This document shows, piece after piece, positions 60,159 through 64,000 of a stretch of DNA of 64,000 nucleotides. Under the pieces are notes generated by a model. The model did no database searches. It saw nothing but the letters and a program-made list of their open reading frames with translations, and had not been told where the DNA came from. This DNA comes from an uncultured Prochlorococcus sp. Lineage in GTDB: Bacteria > Cyanobacteriota > Cyanobacteriia > PCC-6307 > Cyanobiaceae. The stretch is taken from positions 1,487 through 65,486 of the forward strand of contig CACJCK010000006.1 in the NCBI GenBank assembly GCA_902591865.1, in the 5' to 3' direction. Both the position numbers and the translations under genes were made by a program. The stretch's first letter is position 1, and each line of letters opens with the position of its first letter.

Positions 60159-60323
60159 TCAAATATTTATGTATCCTTTACCAAAACAAACTAAGCAAGT
60201 TCTTCTTGAATTTTCAGGTGTTTTAAAATTTCCTGCCCCAGCGCATTTGGAGCATTTGATTTTATCAATTGAAATTACATCGTCAGAGATTTTTTGTTTT
60301 AAAGCTATTTTTGGATTTTCCAT
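60159..60323 (-). CDS. Small DnaJ-type zinc-finger protein (54 aa)
   Basis: MENPKIALKQKISDDVISIDKIKCSKCAGAGNFKTPENSRRTCLVCFGKGYINI*; two CxxCxGxG repeats; not in ORF track. Confidence 0.78.
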   Translation of the reverse strand: MENPKIALKQKISDDVISIDKIKCSKCAGAGNFKTPENSRRTCLVCFGKGYINI

Positions 60324-60369
60324 TAAGTTCTGTCTACTGTAGTGAGGATCCTGACAGGTAACTATAAAG

Positions 60370-61434
60370 TCAAATTGCTATTTTTGGCTCACTTAAAATC
60401 TTAAATTTCTCTTTAATTTTTTTATTAAAAATTTTTATCGATTTTTCATCAAAGGAAATTATTACTAATTCAAGACCAGCATTATCATTTGGTCTCCAAC
60501 AATTGTCTGGAGCTTCTTCAAACCAAGTATTAATTTTTTTTCCAACTATTTGTATTTGTAAAGGCAATGATTTGTTTGGTATCCAAATACGTCCTTTTAT
60601 TCGAAGAATGTTTAATTCATCCAAGATTTTTGACATCTCTTTTTCAAAGTCATTTTTTTCAATGAAATAATTTAATTTAATTGAATCTGATACAAGCTCA
60701 ACATGATTATGGTCATGTTCTTCCGTTAAAAATTCTTTGTAAGTCTCTTTTTTAAAATTAAAATCAAATAGATAATTTAAATCAATTTTGCCATTCTTGG
60801 ATTTAAGGACTGGTGTAGATGAGTTTAGACTACCTTTGATTTTATTTTTTACAACATCAAACTGATGATCATTCAAGATATCTGATCTAGAGACTAAAAT
60901 GATATCAGAGACTTCTAGTTGTTCCTCAAAAAGTTCTTCGATAGAGGTGTTGTGATCAATTTTTTCTGTATCATTATATTGTTTTGTTATTTTATTTAGA
61001 TCATTAATTGGTGAACCATTAAGCATTGATTCTCCATTAACGATGCCAACAACTACATCAAGATAGATTGAAGACCTTATTTCAGGCCAGTTAAGTGCTT
61101 GAATTAAGGGAATTGGTAGTGCCAAGCCACTTGTTTCGATAATTATTGATTCAATAGGAGGATTAAATTCGAGAAGAGCTTTTATTGATGGAACAAAATC
61201 ATCTTGAACAGTACAACATAAACACCCATTATTTAATTCGATTACGCATTCTTCTTCAGTTTCATCACATCTATCGCAACTTTTAATCAAATCCCCGTCG
61301 ATTCCAACATCACCAAATTCATTAATTATTAAACCAAATTTTTTATTACTCTCTTTTAGTAGATATCTTAGAAAAGTTGTTTTACCTGAACCAAGAAATC
61401 CCGAAACAACAATAACTGGAATTTTTTTTTTCAT
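60370..61434 (-). CDS. cobW: CobW/COG0523 metal-chaperone GTPase
   Basis: GFLGSGKTT, NEFG, GCLCC, ETSGLA, EEHDHNH, RIKG. Confidence 0.9.
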   Translation of the reverse strand: MKKKIPVIVVSGFLGSGKTTFLRYLLKESNKKFGLIINEFGDVGIDGDLIKSCDRCDETEEECVIELNNGCLCCTVQDDFVPSIKALLEFNPPIESIIIETSGLALPIPLIQALNWPEIRSSIYLDVVVGIVNGESMLNGSPINDLNKITKQYNDTEKIDHNTSIEELFEEQLEVSDIILVSRSDILNDHQFDVVKNKIKGSLNSSTPVLKSKNGKIDLNYLFDFNFKKETYKEFLTEEHDHNHVELVSDSIKLNYFIEKNDFEKEMSKILDELNILRIKGRIWIPNKSLPLQIQIVGKKINTWFEEAPDNCWRPNDNAGLELVIISFDEKSIKIFNKKIKEKFKILSEPKIAI

Positions 61435-61443
61435 CTTTGATGA

Positions 61444-61956
61444 TTAACAACCTAAGCTATATTCTGTACTCTCTCCTGTAGAACTATTTGTGCCATTAGC
61501 AATCGCACATAATTGTTTTTGTTGTGTACGACTAAGAACAGCATCAGTAAAATCTGCACCATCTATTTTTGCACCTTCAAAATTACTCTCCATTAATAAA
61601 GCATTAGTAAAATTAACATCCGAAAGATCAGCATCTGTAAAGTCTGTTGCATAAGCTAGTGCATCTCTTAAATTTGCTCCAGTAAACTTTGAGTTTTGCA
61701 ATTTACTATTATTGAACACCGCCCCTTCTAAATTACTTTCACTGAAATTAAACCCATTCAAATCAAACTTAACGTATTCGTTACCGCTTAAGTCTTGACC
61801 ATGCATATCTGGCTCTAAATTAAGGTCTTGCTGGTTTCTAATCTCAGGAGGTCTTTTAGCCCATGCAGAATTTACAGAATTAAAAAATAAAATCCCAACG
61901 AATAACAAAGTAATTAATGCATTCTTTAGTGAGGGGAAAACAATTGATTTAATCAT
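61444..61956 (-). CDS. Pentapeptide repeat protein, likely lumenal or periplasmic
   Basis: A(D/N)LxxA-type repeats, signal peptide, C-terminal C...SLGC. Confidence 0.9.
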   Translation of the reverse strand: MIKSIVFPSLKNALITLLFVGILFFNSVNSAWAKRPPEIRNQQDLNLEPDMHGQDLSGNEYVKFDLNGFNFSESNLEGAVFNNSKLQNSKFTGANLRDALAYATDFTDADLSDVNFTNALLMESNFEGAKIDGADFTDAVLSRTQQKQLCAIANGTNSSTGESTEYSLGC

Positions 61957-62019
61957 AATAAGACTGTATTTTAGAGCTTAAGTATTTAAAGTTTGTAAGA
62001 CTATCTTAAAGGAAAATAT

Positions 62020-62637
62020 ATGGCAATGTCACTAAAGGTTATTGTTCCTCCTCATCCATTAATAAAACATTGGCTTTCAATATTGCGAGAAAAAAATACT
62101 CCAAATATTTTGTACTCAACAGGATATGAGCAATTAGGGAAATGGCTTACATATGAAGCATTACGTAATTGGCTGCCATATAAAAAAGAAATAGTAAATA
62201 CTAATAATGGAGACGCAGATGGATTCTTTATTAATAATGATTATCCAATAAAAGTGTTCGCAATGTTGCCCGAAGGGTTATCTCTTTGGTTTGGATCTAA
62301 AGAAGTAATTCCTAATTCAACCCTCTCATTAGGAGAACTTCCTAAAACTATTGAATCAAATGAAGGAGTTATATTTTATTCAGAACAAATAACAACAAAA
62401 TCAGCAACTTTAGAAACTTTAATTAAATTAAAAGAATTAGGTGTTGATTCAAATAGGATTCTTTTAATAACTGCTATTTGCTCAAATAAAGGGTTAAATG
62501 AAATTGCGAAATTACTCCCTAATCAGGTAATTTACACTTCTTGCGTAGATGAGGAAGACGAAATAACACAATTATTAGTACCGGGTATTGGGAATCCTTT
62601 ATCGCGTTTAAGTACTATATTTCAAGATAAGAACTAA
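62020..62637 (+). CDS. upp: Uracil phosphoribosyltransferase-like protein with degenerate active site
   Basis: VPPHPLIKHWL, GKWLTYEA, VPGIG retained; canonical ILRAG and DPMLATG not present. Confidence 0.75.
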   Translation: MAMSLKVIVPPHPLIKHWLSILREKNTPNILYSTGYEQLGKWLTYEALRNWLPYKKEIVNTNNGDADGFFINNDYPIKVFAMLPEGLSLWFGSKEVIPNSTLSLGELPKTIESNEGVIFYSEQITTKSATLETLIKLKELGVDSNRILLITAICSNKGLNEIAKLLPNQVIYTSCVDEEDEITQLLVPGIGNPLSRLSTIFQDKN

Positions 62638-62666
62638 TATAGAATATAGGAGTAAATATTTTACCA

Positions 62667-62957
62667 ATGTCTGAATACAGAGATTCGTCTTCAAATAATC
62701 TTTTATCATTAATAAGCGGTGCTTTTATTGGAGCAGCAGGTCTAGCTTGGTGGTTAATATCCGAAGCAGACAAAAGAAAGGAGGAAAAAAAACAAAAAGC
62801 AATGATGTATTCCTCCAGAATTCAAGACGGCTCAGAAGCGATTGATTCAAATGAAAATATAAATGAAGTTGAAGGAGAGAATCTGGAGAAGAAAGTTGAG
62901 CAACTTAATTCTGCAATTGCTGATGTGAGGAAGCAACTTGAAGAGTTGGGGCAATAG
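62667..62957 (+). CDS. Hypothetical protein with N-terminal TM and C-terminal coiled coil
   Basis: GAFIGAAGLAWW; LEKKVEQLNSAIADVRKQLEEL. Confidence 0.8.
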   Translation: MSEYRDSSSNNLLSLISGAFIGAAGLAWWLISEADKRKEEKKQKAMMYSSRIQDGSEAIDSNENINEVEGENLEKKVEQLNSAIADVRKQLEELGQ

Positions 62958-62980
62958 AATAAAAAAGGTTCTCAAATAAT

Positions 62981-64000
62981 ATGAATAAACTCAGATCATC
63001 TGCAATAACCCAAGGTGTGCAAAGATCCCCTAACAGATCGATGTTAAGAGCTGTTGGATTTAATGATGAAGATTTTAATAAACCTATTATTGGAGTTGCA
63101 AATGGATACAGCACCATAACACCATGCAATATGGGTTTAAATAAGTTAGCTCTAAAAGCTGAAGAGTCAATAAAAAGATCGGGTGGGATGCCTCAGATGT
63201 TTGGGACTATAACAGTAAGTGATGGGATTTCTATGGGAACAGAGGGCATGAAATATTCCCTAGTTTCAAGAGAAGTTATTGCTGATTCAATTGAAACAGC
63301 ATGCAATGCTCAAAGTATGGATGGAGTACTTGCTATAGGTGGATGTGATAAAAATATGCCTGGTGCCATGATTGCGATTGCAAGAATGAATATTCCCTCA
63401 ATTTTCATTTATGGAGGAACAATAAAGCCTGGGAAATTGCATGGAGAAGATCTTACTGTTGTTAGTGCATTTGAAGCTGTTGGACAATTAACATCAGGCA
63501 AAATTAATGAAGAAAGGCTAATCCAAGTTGAGAAAAATTGTATTCCTGGTGCTGGTAGCTGTGGAGGAATGTTTACAGCTAATACAATGTCTGCGGTTAT
63601 TGAAGTATTAGGGTTAAGTCTTCCTCACAGTTCCACTATGGCTGCTGAAGATCTTGAAAAAGAACTAAGTGCAGATAAAAGTGCTGAGATATTAGTCTCT
63701 GCAATAGAAAAAGATATAAGACCTCTAGACCTAATGACAAAAAAATCATTTGAAAATGCAATATCAGTAATTATGGCAATTGGCGGATCAACAAATGCTG
63801 TGTTGCATATCTTAGCTATTGCGAATACTGCAGGAATAGATATCAACATTAATGATTTTGAGAGAATCAGACAAAAAGTACCCGTTATTTGTGACCTTAA
63901 ACCTAGTGGTAAATATGTGACGGTGGATCTTCATAAGGCAGGTGGGATTCCACAAGTAATGAAAATACTTTTGAATGCAGGATTAATTCATGGCGATTGC
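62981..64000 (+). CDS. ilvD: Dihydroxy-acid dehydratase, 5' part (runs off window)
   Basis: ATG 62981: [26 protein letters not shown]...TPCNMGL...[24 protein letters not shown]...GGCDKNMPG; absent from ORF track because no stop occurs in the window. Confidence 0.96.
   Translation, partial: MNKLRSSAITQGVQRSPNRSMLRAVGFNDEDFNKPIIGVANGYSTITPCNMGLNKLALKAEESIKRSGGMPQMFGTITVSDGISMGTEGMKYSLVSREVIADSIETACNAQSMDGVLAIGGCDKNMPGAMIAIARMNIPSIFIYGGTIKPGKLHGEDLTVVSAFEAVGQLTSGKINEERLIQVEKNCIPGAGSCGGMFTANTMSAVIEVLGLSLPHSSTMAAEDLEKELSADKSAEILVSAIEKDIRPLDLMTKKSFENAISVIMAIGGSTNAVLHILAIANTAGIDININDFERIRQKVPVICDLKPSGKYVTVDLHKAGGIPQVMKILLNAGLIHGDC

Noticed and set aside
60115-60342. 75-aa plus-strand ORF
   Set aside because: The opposite strand encodes a motif-bearing CxxCxGxG protein co-oriented with its neighbours.
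34979-63849. Short nested or antisense track ORFs in the right half (for example 34979, 36472, 39235, 40015, 43465, 43928, 44648, 45116, 45362, 48862, 49525, 51962, 52965, 53829, 54368, 54641, 55237, 58721, 62905, 63625)
   Set aside because: Shadows of core genes; 62905 and 63625 are antisense to ilvD.

Overview
Low-GC, gene-dense chromosomal segment that reads as a streamlined marine picocyanobacterium, most likely a high-light Prochlorococcus (inferred from AT richness, proteobacterial-type prk, urease/urt cluster and gene order). Left arm (1-30 kb): PAM68 (partial), dnaE, gatA, rlmB, mini-RNase III, a STAS protein, carA, trpD, ABC transporter, msrA, tRNA-Pro(GGG), uppP, ndhP, a glucosylglycerate synthesis/recycling cluster, ureABCDEFG and urtABCDE. 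Middle (about 29.9-33.9 kb): an AT-rich patch of very small ORFs, most missed by the ORF track, including a ribbon-helix-helix regulator flanked by repeated AGTG-N3-CACT palindromes. A Rieske oxygenase (likely cao) and an iron cluster (Crp-family regulator, ferritin, futC, strong Fur boxes) follow. Right arm: core genes (nth, pgsA, hisA, ycf55, yqgF, proB, lpxD, leuB, prk, accD, tandem class I and class II aldolases, purQS, cobW, degenerate upp, partial ilvD). No CRISPR, transposase, integrase or rRNA was seen. The best candidates for undescribed biology are the RHH operator module, a probable non-AUG start of the STAS gene, a possibly Fur-controlled micro-ORF operon, and convergent antisense control of ferritin. 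All calls come from reading motifs by eye; no database searches were run.
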